Below, piece by piece: positions 48,420 to 57,262 of a stretch of 63,219 bases of DNA (positions within the stretch are counted from its first letter, which is position 1; every line of letters starts with the position of its first letter). Source of the DNA: an uncultured Spirochaetaceae bacterium (GTDB lineage Bacteria > Spirochaetota > Spirochaetia > SZUA-6 > RPPD01); assembly GCA_964514135.1 (NCBI GenBank), contig CAZEPL010000001.1, forward strand, positions 6,930 through 70,148, in the 5' to 3' direction. A program made the translations under genes and the position numbers. The notes under the pieces were generated by a model. That model was given only the letters and a program-made list of their open reading frames with translations, had not been told where the DNA came from and ran no database searches.

Positions 48420-48448
48420 TAACACCTGTGCTATATAAAGATGTTACC
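48420..48448 (-). promoter_or_regulatory. Putative autoregulatory ECF promoter
   Basis: Minus strand GGTAAC-N16-GGTGTTA, about 29 nt before the sigma start, preceded by an A10 tract (48454-48463). Confidence 0.65.
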
Positions 48449-48516
48449 TGAAATTTTTTTTTTAAGATTATTCTAATATCATATCACAGCCGCTTTTCAC
48501 GTATTTCTATAAAATA

Positions 48517-49455
48517 TTATGAAGAAGAGTGGTTATAAATCACCACTCTGTTTTTGCCTCTTTTTTTAGCCTCATAGAGAGCCTTGTCCGACTTGGTGAT
48601 GAGTTGTTCCGGTTTTTCCCCCGGGGAGTAAAACCCGACTCCGATACTTACGGTAACCGGGAGCCCCACACACTTCGGCATACCCGACTCGATCATGCCC
48701 CTGATTTTCTCGGCGATCCTGATGCTCATGTCCGATTTCATTTCGGGTACTACCACCGCGATCTCCTCGCCACCATAGCGGGCGACCAGATCATTTACAC
48801 GGGTATTTTCCCGGATGACAGATGCGACGGCCGCGAGCACCTGGTCCCCTTTCTGATGGCCATGTATGTCATTGACCTGCTTGAAATTGTCAATATCAAT
48901 CAGAAAAAATGAGAGTATGTAATTGTAGCGTTTAGCACGTTCGAGCTCCTTGGCAAGTTCCTCGTCCAGGTACCTCCTGTTATAAAGCCGGGTAAGCCGG
49001 TCACGGTTGGCGAGTGCGTGGAGTTTTGTTTTGGCCCTGTTGATGCTTCGTTTCAGGTTCAAGAGCTGTTTATGAGTTTTCTTGTCGCTTATGCTCTGCA
49101 GAAGCTCGGCCATCTGGTGTTCGATGAGCAGGGTGTCGGTAAGCTCACGGTCGAACTCCTCTTCGAAGACGGCCTTTCCGAATTCCTTATACACGAGATA
49201 ACATGTCCCGATGTTGATGTGATCACCATCAAAAAGAACATGCATAAGGGTTTTCTTTCCGTTAACGAAAATCCCGTTCGTGCTGTTGGTATCTTCTATT
49301 AAAAAACGGCCGTTACGAAAGATAATCCTGGCATGCTTTCGTGAAGTGGTCTGGCCGGGAATGCGGATCACAACCTGTGGATCTCTGCCGATGATATACT
49401 CGATGTCCTGCTTGAGATTGATTTTCGTATCCAGATAGTACAGGCAGTACCTCAA
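48517..49455 (-). CDS. FHA-domain diguanylate cyclase (GGDEF)
   Basis: FHA IGR..SRKHA..STNG; DRLTRLYNRR, DIDNFKQVND..GH..GD, RVND (RxxD I-site), RYGGEEI. Confidence 0.92.
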   Translation of the reverse strand: MRYCLYYLDTKINLKQDIEYIIGRDPQVVIRIPGQTTSRKHARIIFRNGRFLIEDTNSTNGIFVNGKKTLMHVLFDGDHINIGTCYLVYKEFGKAVFEEEFDRELTDTLLIEHQMAELLQSISDKKTHKQLLNLKRSINRAKTKLHALANRDRLTRLYNRRYLDEELAKELERAKRYNYILSFFLIDIDNFKQVNDIHGHQKGDQVLAAVASVIRENTRVNDLVARYGGEEIAVVVPEMKSDMSIRIAEKIRGMIESGMPKCVGLPVTVSIGVGFYSPGEKPEQLITKSDKALYEAKKRGKNRVVIYNHSSS

Positions 49456-49688
49456 AGCATTCCTTTCTGTTACGGCTTCAATTATTTGTTATTATTGCCT
49501 TCTCGTCAACTCACAATGTTTATATAAGCTATTTTAATCTGACCAATTATGATTTTTAATATGCCAAATCCCTATACCGTGGGCTCACCTGACAGCAAAA
49601 AAAGAATAGCCTTCTGCTTATTAATCTTGATGTCTTTATACATAAACCTTACACTATACAAAACAGTTTATGGAGAAGGAGTATAGCT

Positions 49689-50744
49689 ATGTTAGAATTT
49701 ATAAATAATTGGCTAAATTATTTTATTTTTGCCGCCATGTTTATAGGTGCTTTTATTATAGGCATCTTGCTGCAAGCTTTGATTGTATTAATTATTAAGT
49801 TTATTGCCAAGAATACAACTACAAATATTGACAATATAATTATCAAACATATAAAAGGCCCTCTTAAAATCTTTTTTCCTGTTATAATTTTTTACCTTAT
49901 TTTACCGCTTGCCAAAATTAATCAACAGGTTATTGCAGTGCTGCAACAGGTATTTGGCATTCTGTTTATTGTCTGCTTTGCCTGGGTTCTAATTAAAGGT
50001 ACCTCTATTCTGGAAGATATCATAAAAGATAAATACAAAGTAGATGTGAAAGATAATCTGAACGCCCGCAAAATACATACGCAGATGCAGGTACTAAAAA
50101 AAATAGTGGCGGTGATAGTGTTTATTATTGCCCTGGCCGTGGTTCTCATGCGCTTTGAAGAAATCCGTCAGTTGGGTACAACACTCCTGGCATCGGCCGG
50201 TATTATCGGATTGATTATAGGTTTTGCCGCCCAAAAAACTCTTGCCACCCTGGTTGCAGGATTTCAGCTGGCGTTTACCCAGCCTATCAGGCTTGATGAT
50301 GTTGTAATAGTGGAAAATGAGTGGGGGAGAATAGAAGAAATAACTTTAACCTATGTGGTGGTAAAGATTTGGGATCAAAGGAGACTTGTGGTTCCCATAA
50401 GTTACTTTATCGAGCGCCCTTTTCAGAATTGGACCAGGGTTACGGCGGAGCTTTTAGGCACGGTCTTTTTCTATTGCGATTACACTATACCATTGGAGGC
50501 AGTACGAAAAAAGTTAAAGGAGATTTGCCGGGCTTCTTCACTTTGGGATAAAAGGGTCTGCCTGCTGCAGGTAACGGATGCTAAAGAACAAACCCTTGAG
50601 CTGCGGGCACTGGTAAGTGCGGCTGATGCGGGCACAGCCTGGGATTTACGCTGTGAAGTACGGGAGAAGCTGGTTAGCTTTATCCAGAAAAAATTTGAAA
50701 AGCATCTGCCCAAGGTGAGGGCGTATCTTAATAAACAGGTTTAA
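49689..50744 (+). CDS. mscS: MscS-family mechanosensitive channel
   Basis: SAGIIGLIIGFAAQ, QPIRLDD, GRIEEITLTY, PFQNWT. Confidence 0.9.
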   Translation: MLEFINNWLNYFIFAAMFIGAFIIGILLQALIVLIIKFIAKNTTTNIDNIIIKHIKGPLKIFFPVIIFYLILPLAKINQQVIAVLQQVFGILFIVCFAWVLIKGTSILEDIIKDKYKVDVKDNLNARKIHTQMQVLKKIVAVIVFIIALAVVLMRFEEIRQLGTTLLASAGIIGLIIGFAAQKTLATLVAGFQLAFTQPIRLDDVVIVENEWGRIEEITLTYVVVKIWDQRRLVVPISYFIERPFQNWTRVTAELLGTVFFYCDYTIPLEAVRKKLKEICRASSLWDKRVCLLQVTDAKEQTLELRALVSAADAGTAWDLRCEVREKLVSFIQKKFEKHLPKVRAYLNKQV

Positions 50745-50873
50745 ATAATCCAGATATATTTTAAAAATGATATGAACAACTTGTTAAGAAAAGATCTGCT
50801 TTATCTACAATATTTCTCGCGCTTTTTCGTTTTTTATTAATATATAAAATCTAAAAAAGGGCGGTATGAGATA

Positions 50874-51404
50874 ATGAAATCAAAAAATATGAATCTTCGC
50901 GGCTACGGGCGACAAGATCATAGATCCAGAAATGATCTTGCACAGGAGCATCCATTCGGAGACATGGGACAATTGATTCTGGCGGCTACATTTTTAATTA
51001 TTTGGACTGTTGATTCTTTTATAGGACGCTGGACAGTATTTTTACAATTATATGTACCTCTCTATATTTCGATCCCGCTTGGAGTTCTTATTGCGGCAGC
51101 GGCTTGTTATCTGGGCGGTGAGGCTCACCATATTGTATTTAAGCAGGTTCGTGAAACACCGGTTGTTATAGAGAAAAGTGTCTATAAACTGGTAAGGCAT
51201 CCCCTATATTTGGGATCGCTTTTATTGTATCTTGCCTTTATTGCGGCAACTCTCTCTTTGGCTTCCCTGGCTTTTTGGATCATCGTATTATTTTTCTATA
51301 ATTTTATTGCCGCTTATGAAGAGAAAATGCTGGAGAAAAAGTATAGTGATGAATATCAGGCATATAAAGGCAGAGTAGCCAGATGGATTCCGGGTATATG
51401 GTAG
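50874..51404 (+). CDS. Isoprenylcysteine carboxylmethyltransferase-family membrane protein
   Basis: YKLVRHPLYLG, EEKMLEKKY, Y..RVARWIP. Confidence 0.85.
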   Translation: MKSKNMNLRGYGRQDHRSRNDLAQEHPFGDMGQLILAATFLIIWTVDSFIGRWTVFLQLYVPLYISIPLGVLIAAAACYLGGEAHHIVFKQVRETPVVIEKSVYKLVRHPLYLGSLLLYLAFIAATLSLASLAFWIIVLFFYNFIAAYEEKMLEKKYSDEYQAYKGRVARWIPGIW

Positions 51405-51436
51405 CTGCACGCATCAATTAAGCCTCATAATTCCCC

Positions 51437-51492
51437 TTGACTTCAAAAATATATACTCTTATACTATACTTAAAGTATAATATAAGAGTATA
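51437..51492 (+). promoter_or_regulatory. Sigma70 promoter overlapped by a 41-bp inverted-repeat operator
   Basis: TTGACT-N17-TATACT (51437-51465); TATACTCTTATA-ctatacttaaagtataa-TATAAGAGTATA (51452-51492). Confidence 0.8.
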
Positions 51493-51505
51493 GTCCGAGG
51501 TAATA

Positions 51506-52123
51506 ATGAGTAAAATGAGCAGTTCGGAACAGACTAAAGAAAACATACTGAAAGCCGCTCAAGAGGAATTTATCGGCAAAGGCTATGATAAGGCCCGCAT
51601 GGAAGATATAGCGGCCAAAGCCGGAGTTAGCAAAATGATGCTCTACTATTATTTTAAAAGCAAAGAAAATATTCTCCAGGCCCTTTCACAGAATGTCTTA
51701 AAAAAGGCAGGGGAAATTATGAAAAATGAATTTACTGCGTTGATGGATTTTACAAAAATGAATCCGGAGCTTATCAAAAACAAGATAAAAGAGCTTATTG
51801 AGCCGAATATAAATATCGTAAGCTTTATTATTAAAGAGTTTGTGAAAGGCTCACTTGATTACCAATTAACCTTCAATACCCTTAAAACCTTTTATAACCA
51901 GATGTTTGAGACCTTTACGGAGCGGGGAATTAAAATAAAGAGCAGGGAGCAGTACTATATCCGTATGTTTTTCTTTCAGAGCGTACCACTCCTCATGTAT
52001 TTCATGTTCAAAGATATCTTTTTGGAGGTGTTCAGTTATGATCCGGAAATGACCGACAGGGTGTTTTTTACTAAATTTGCAGATGTGATTTTGGATACAC
52101 TTACCAAACCGCCCGTGGAATAG
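51506..52123 (+). CDS. TetR/AcrR-family regulator
   Basis: ILKAAQEEFIGKGYDKARMEDIAAKAGVSKMMLYYYFKSKE. Confidence 0.92.
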   Translation: MSKMSSSEQTKENILKAAQEEFIGKGYDKARMEDIAAKAGVSKMMLYYYFKSKENILQALSQNVLKKAGEIMKNEFTALMDFTKMNPELIKNKIKELIEPNINIVSFIIKEFVKGSLDYQLTFNTLKTFYNQMFETFTERGIKIKSREQYYIRMFFFQSVPLLMYFMFKDIFLEVFSYDPEMTDRVFFTKFADVILDTLTKPPVE

Positions 52124-52139
52124 GAAAGGAGCAGCGCCG

Positions 52140-52937
52140 GTGCGTATAAAAACCGTTATACCAGTAATTGTTATCGTCCTTATTTTAATCGCCGCTACGG
52201 TATACTTTGAGTTTTTTAAAGACAAAGTGAGGGATCCGAACCTGATCCAGGCTTCGGGAACAATAGAGGCTACAGAAATACAAGTGAGCGCAAAGATCGC
52301 GGGCCGGATTATTACATTGCCTGCCCAAGAAGGAAGCCGGGTGAAAAAAGAGGATCTGCTTGTGGAGCTTGATCATGACACGCTTCAGGCCCAGCTTGAA
52401 GCTGCCCAGGCAAATTTGGAAAATGCGCGGCAGTTGTATGCGCGGATGAAAACCCTTTATAATGCGGGCTCAAAATCAACACAGGATTATGAGAACGCCC
52501 TCTCGAACTACAAAGTGGCAAAGGCCAATTACAAGCTTATTGCCGTTTCCATTGAGGATGCAATTCTTTATGCTCCGATCGACGCTACCGTATTACAGAA
52601 GAATCTGGAACTGGGTGAAATGGCCTTCCCCGGATCAAGTATTCTTACCCTCGGAGATTTGGCACATCCCTGGATGAAAATATATGTAAGCGAAAAACAG
52701 CTGGGCTTGGTAAAATTAGGACAGAGGGCGGAGGTTAAAGTTGACTCTTTTCCCGACAAGACATTCAGTGGACAGGTGATTGCCATTTCCAGTAAAGCGG
52801 AGTTTACTCCCAAAACAATTCAGACAAAAGAAGAACGGATCAAATTAATGTATGCCGTAAAGATCGGCATCTCAAATCCCGAACTGGAATTAAAACCGGG
52901 TATGCCCGCCGACGCTGAAATAAGAATAAAACAATAA
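52140..52937 (+). CDS. HlyD-family periplasmic adaptor (YbhG-like)
   Basis: ASGTIEATE, EGSRVKKED, APIDA, AEFTPKTIQT, LKPGMPAD. Confidence 0.9.
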   Translation: MRIKTVIPVIVIVLILIAATVYFEFFKDKVRDPNLIQASGTIEATEIQVSAKIAGRIITLPAQEGSRVKKEDLLVELDHDTLQAQLEAAQANLENARQLYARMKTLYNAGSKSTQDYENALSNYKVAKANYKLIAVSIEDAILYAPIDATVLQKNLELGEMAFPGSSILTLGDLAHPWMKIYVSEKQLGLVKLGQRAEVKVDSFPDKTFSGQVIAISSKAEFTPKTIQTKEERIKLMYAVKIGISNPELELKPGMPADAEIRIKQ

Positions 52938-52962
52938 AGACAGAATTAAAAGGATTACGATC

Positions 52963-53889
52963 TTGATAACAGCAGAGAGTATTTCCAAATCGTATGCTTC
53001 GGTAGAGGCTGTTAAGGATTTATCCTTTACAGTCGCTAAAAGTGAGATTTTCGGCGTTGTCGGACCGGACGCTGCCGGGAAAAGCACTCTCAACAGAATG
53101 CTGGCAGGTATTTTAAAGCCGGATAAGGGCAGGATTTTGTTCGAAGGCGAGGATGTATTTAAGAATCCGTATTCGATTAAGGAAAGAATCGCCTACATGC
53201 CTCAGCGTTTTGGACTCTATGAGGATCTCACGGTAGAAGAGAACCTGTTTTTTTTCGGGAGGCTTTTTGGAGTTTCCGGAAGACAAATTAAAAACAGGCT
53301 TCCGGAACTCTATAATTTCAGCCGCCTTGATCCTTTTAAAAACAGGCTGGCCGGCCGGCTTTCAGGGGGCATGAAGCAGAAATTGGGCCTGGCCTGCTGT
53401 CTTGTTCACAGGCCCGAAGTGATTATCCTGGATGAGCCCACCAACGGGGTGGATCCGGTTTCACGGCGTGAATTTTGGAAGATCCTTTATGATCTTCTGA
53501 CCGGCGGTGTGACAATTATTGTGAGCACGGCCTATTTGGATGAAGCCGAGCGCTGTAATACCCTGGCACTTATTTATCGGGGACGTTTTATTGCCAGCGG
53601 CGATCCGCTCCATATAAAACAGGAAATCGGAAGAACTATGCTCCAAATATATGTAGCGGAAGCCCCTGCGGCAGCTAAGCTTTTAAAAAGATATTATCCC
53701 GGAATCTTACTGAAAGGAGAGATGATTAAAATATTTGTAAAAGAGCCCTTAATGGAAATAGAGAAGATTACATCCATATTAAAAAAGGGCGGAGTTGCCA
53801 TTAAAAGCTGGAAGCCTTCCCGCCCGACACTCGAAGACTGTTTTGTTGATATAATCTCCCGCAGGAGTAGTTCAACTAAAAAGACTTAA
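52963..53889 (+). CDS. ABC transporter ATP-binding protein
   Basis: GPDAAGKST, LSGGMKQ, ILDEPT. Confidence 0.95.
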   Translation: MITAESISKSYASVEAVKDLSFTVAKSEIFGVVGPDAAGKSTLNRMLAGILKPDKGRILFEGEDVFKNPYSIKERIAYMPQRFGLYEDLTVEENLFFFGRLFGVSGRQIKNRLPELYNFSRLDPFKNRLAGRLSGGMKQKLGLACCLVHRPEVIILDEPTNGVDPVSRREFWKILYDLLTGGVTIIVSTAYLDEAERCNTLALIYRGRFIASGDPLHIKQEIGRTMLQIYVAEAPAAAKLLKRYYPGILLKGEMIKIFVKEPLMEIEKITSILKKGGVAIKSWKPSRPTLEDCFVDIISRRSSSTKKT

Positions 53890-53939
53890 GGCCATGGAGT
53901 GTGTACTATGAAATTTGGTAAAAGGAACAACTAATTTTT

Positions 53940-55094
53940 ATGAAGACAGCCTTAAAATCACTCATCCGCCTGCTGGCTATCGCGGAAAAAGAATGGATTC
54001 AGATCAGGCGCGATTGGCGCAGTCTTGTACTTTCACTCATCCTGCCGGTGATTCTCCTCCTGTTATTCGGCTATGCCCTGAATATGGATGTAAAGAACGT
54101 CGGTGTAGCTGTATTTGATCAGGATAAATCTGTTCTTTCCCGCCGTTTGATTGACAGCCTGTTCCATAATGAGTATTTGGTCTTGTACTCTTATCTTAAT
54201 GATTATGAGGAAATAGATATTTTAATCGATCAGGATGTTATTAAAATGGCTTTGGTTTTTCCTCCCCGTTTTTCGGAATACTATTATGCCGGTAAACAGA
54301 GCGAGCTGCAATTAATTGTGGACGGCAGCGATTCAACAATCGCTACCATTGCGGCGAGTTATGTGCGCTCAATCCTATTCGATTTTAATAAACAGGAGAA
54401 GGAACGGGAGTTTAAGCGATATGGTTACGGGCAGACCGATTTTCCCATAACCATAGCAAACCGTGTGTGGTATAATCCCGAGCTCGAGAGTAAAAATTTT
54501 ATTATCCCCGGCCTTATTGTGCTCATTATGGCCATCATCTCAGCGCTTATAACTTCTTTGACCATTTCACGCGAGTGGGAGCGCGGTACCATGGAAACAT
54601 TGATTTCCACCCCTTTAAGAAAATACGAGCTCTATTTCGGCAAGCTCATACCCTATATCTTTATTGCCCTGTTTGATGTGATATGCACATTCACCCTGGC
54701 TTATTTTGTGTTCAATGTTCCCTTTAAAGGCAGCTTTGTGGAATTTTATTTAATAGCCCTTTTATTTTTAATCGGCACATCCAGTCTGGGCATGATGCTT
54801 TCGTCGGCAACACGCTCCCAGGTACTTTCGGTGCAGTTCGCCATCCTTATAACATACCTTCCCAGCTTTATTCTCTCCGGGTATGTGTTCCCCATCCTTA
54901 ATATGCCCAATCTCGTACAAACCGTCACGTACCTGATTCCCGCGAGATATCTTATGGTCTATGTAAAGAGTTTAGCTTTAAGGGGTATAGGATATACCCT
55001 GCTCTGGGGACAAATTCTCTTTTTATTGGTGTTTGCCCTTGCCGTAGGTACGGTCTGTCTTATCACACTCAGGCTGACATTGCCTGAAAAATAG
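53940..55094 (+). CDS. ABC-2 transporter permease (YbhS-like)
   Basis: KEWIQIRRD, WYNPEL, REWERGTME motifs. Confidence 0.9.
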   Translation: MKTALKSLIRLLAIAEKEWIQIRRDWRSLVLSLILPVILLLLFGYALNMDVKNVGVAVFDQDKSVLSRRLIDSLFHNEYLVLYSYLNDYEEIDILIDQDVIKMALVFPPRFSEYYYAGKQSELQLIVDGSDSTIATIAASYVRSILFDFNKQEKEREFKRYGYGQTDFPITIANRVWYNPELESKNFIIPGLIVLIMAIISALITSLTISREWERGTMETLISTPLRKYELYFGKLIPYIFIALFDVICTFTLAYFVFNVPFKGSFVEFYLIALLFLIGTSSLGMMLSSATRSQVLSVQFAILITYLPSFILSGYVFPILNMPNLVQTVTYLIPARYLMVYVKSLALRGIGYTLLWGQILFLLVFALAVGTVCLITLRLTLPEK

Positions 55095-55114
55095 CAACAA
55101 AGGGTTGGTTTAAT

Positions 55115-56272
55115 ATGAAGGTGATACGGAAGAATATTTTATTGGGTTTTATGCGTAAAGAGTTTAAACAGATGCTGCGTGATGTGCGTATGCGTATGAT
55201 CTTGTTTGCAGCTCCTGTTTTTATGCTTTTACTATTCGGGTACGCGGTGAACACGGATGTTAAAAATATCCGCTTTGCCGTTTACGATGAAGATAAAACC
55301 TTGATGAGCAGGGAATTTACCGGGGAGTTTTCAGCTTCAGGCTATTTCCAGTATTATGCGTCTGTCTCTTCAGCGCGGGAGATTGATACGCTTTTGGATA
55401 CAATGCAGGTTGAGATGATCTTTCATATCCCCACTGGTTTTGAAGAAGAATTAAGGAGCGGGGGAGATGTAAGTATACAGCTGCTTATTGACGGAGCGGA
55501 TGCCAGCAGGGCAAATGTGATTATCGCCTACGTGAATGCAGTTACAAACAGTTATGCCCTGGAGTTGTTTGAAAAAAAGCTTGCGCTGAAAATTATTTCC
55601 CGCAGGGGCCTTCCGGTTACTCTTAAAAAGACAATTGAGCTTAAGGAGCGCTTTTGGTTTAATCCGGAGCTCTCCAGCCGTAATTTCTTTTTACCGGCGA
55701 TTTTGGGCCTGATAATTACCATGATCACCATAACTCTGACAAGCATGTCGATTGTAAAAGAGAGGGAGATGGGGACTATGGAGCAGCTCATCGTTACTCC
55801 CATCCATGCCCTGGAACTGATTGCCGGCAAGACCATTCCGTTTATGGCGGTCAGCCTCATCGATACCGTTGTTGTTACCACCATTATGCTTCTCTGGTTT
55901 AATGTCCCTTTTTTAGGAAGCTTTATATTTATGCTTATATGCTCGCTGGGGTTCATTTTATTTACTTCCGCGGTAGGCGTATATATCTCCACTATTTCCA
56001 GAACACAGCAGCAGGCGCTGCTCTCCGTGTTTTTATTTTTTATGCCCGCCATGCTTCTTTCAGGATTCGTTTTTCCCATTTCCTCCATGCCGCAGGTTAT
56101 CAGATGGCTTACCCTATTAAATCCCCTTCGCTATTATATCAGAATTGTCAGAGGCATATTTTTAAAGGGAGTTGGAATCAATATTCTTTGGCCCGATTTA
56201 TTAGCCCTCTTTTGTATGGGGTTTGTGCTTATAATTTTTAGCACCAGACGTTTTAGAAAACACTTGGAGTAA
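55115..56272 (+). CDS. ABC-2 transporter permease (YbhR-like)
   Basis: KEFKQMLRD, WFNPEL, KEREMGTMEQL motifs. Confidence 0.9.
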   Translation: MKVIRKNILLGFMRKEFKQMLRDVRMRMILFAAPVFMLLLFGYAVNTDVKNIRFAVYDEDKTLMSREFTGEFSASGYFQYYASVSSAREIDTLLDTMQVEMIFHIPTGFEEELRSGGDVSIQLLIDGADASRANVIIAYVNAVTNSYALELFEKKLALKIISRRGLPVTLKKTIELKERFWFNPELSSRNFFLPAILGLIITMITITLTSMSIVKEREMGTMEQLIVTPIHALELIAGKTIPFMAVSLIDTVVVTTIMLLWFNVPFLGSFIFMLICSLGFILFTSAVGVYISTISRTQQQALLSVFLFFMPAMLLSGFVFPISSMPQVIRWLTLLNPLRYYIRIVRGIFLKGVGINILWPDLLALFCMGFVLIIFSTRRFRKHLE

Positions 56273-56284
56273 GAGGAGATCTCT

Positions 56285-57208
56285 ATGCAAAATGTGGTAG
56301 AAGTGGAACATCTCACTAAAAAATTCGGCCGTTTTACCGCCGTAGACAATATAAATTTTAGTGTGGCCAAAAGTGAGATATTCGGTTTTTTGGGACCAAA
56401 CGGAGCGGGAAAAAGTACGACCATTAAAATGCTCTGCGGAATCCTGCTGCCCACTTCAGGGCGGGGACATGTGCTGGGCAGGGATATCTACGAAGAGCAG
56501 TATAAAATCAAACAGAGTATCGGGTATATGTCTCAAAAATTTTCTCTCTACGATGATCTTACCGTTATTGAGAACCTGGAGTTTTTTGGGAGCATCTATG
56601 AGCTTACCCGCTCTTTTCTGGTAAAAAGAACAAAGGCAGTGCTGAAGCTTGCGGGTATAACAAAAGAGAAGCACTGGCTGGTAAAACGATTACCCATCGG
56701 CTTAAAACAGAGGTTAGCCTTGGGCGCGGCGATTATCCACGATCCTCCTCTGCTTTTTTTAGACGAGCCCACTTCGGGGGTAGACCCGCTCATGCGCCGT
56801 AATTTTTGGGAGCTTGTTTATGATTTTGCCGGGCAGGGAAAAACTATTTTTGTTACCACCCACTATATGGATGAAGCCGATCACTGCGACCGCATCTCAC
56901 TTATTATTAACGGCAGACTGATTGCGGTTGATTCTCCCGACAGGCTTAAACACGACTTGCCTTATACCGTATATGTCGTGAGGGCCTCTTGCTATATTGA
57001 CCTGTTTGACAGAATGAGGGCGCTCTCTTTTGTGAGTGAGGTTTCGATGTTCGGCCGTGATATTCATTTGCTCTGCACAAAGAAACGGGATGCGGGAAAA
57101 GAATTAAGGGCATACCTGCGTAAATGGAAGATAAATGCTGAAATAGAACAGATAGTGCCCACACTTGAGGATGTCTTCGTTATGAGCGCCAGGGAGCATG
57201 GCTATTAA
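56285..57208 (+). CDS. ABC transporter ATP-binding protein
   Basis: GPNGAGKST, degenerate signature LPIGLKQ, FLDEPT. Confidence 0.95.
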   Translation: MQNVVEVEHLTKKFGRFTAVDNINFSVAKSEIFGFLGPNGAGKSTTIKMLCGILLPTSGRGHVLGRDIYEEQYKIKQSIGYMSQKFSLYDDLTVIENLEFFGSIYELTRSFLVKRTKAVLKLAGITKEKHWLVKRLPIGLKQRLALGAAIIHDPPLLFLDEPTSGVDPLMRRNFWELVYDFAGQGKTIFVTTHYMDEADHCDRISLIINGRLIAVDSPDRLKHDLPYTVYVVRASCYIDLFDRMRALSFVSEVSMFGRDIHLLCTKKRDAGKELRAYLRKWKINAEIEQIVPTLEDVFVMSAREHGY

Positions 57209-57262
57209 AATAACTAAAAGGTATTTAATAACAGAAGTATATTTGGTTATAATAACACATAC

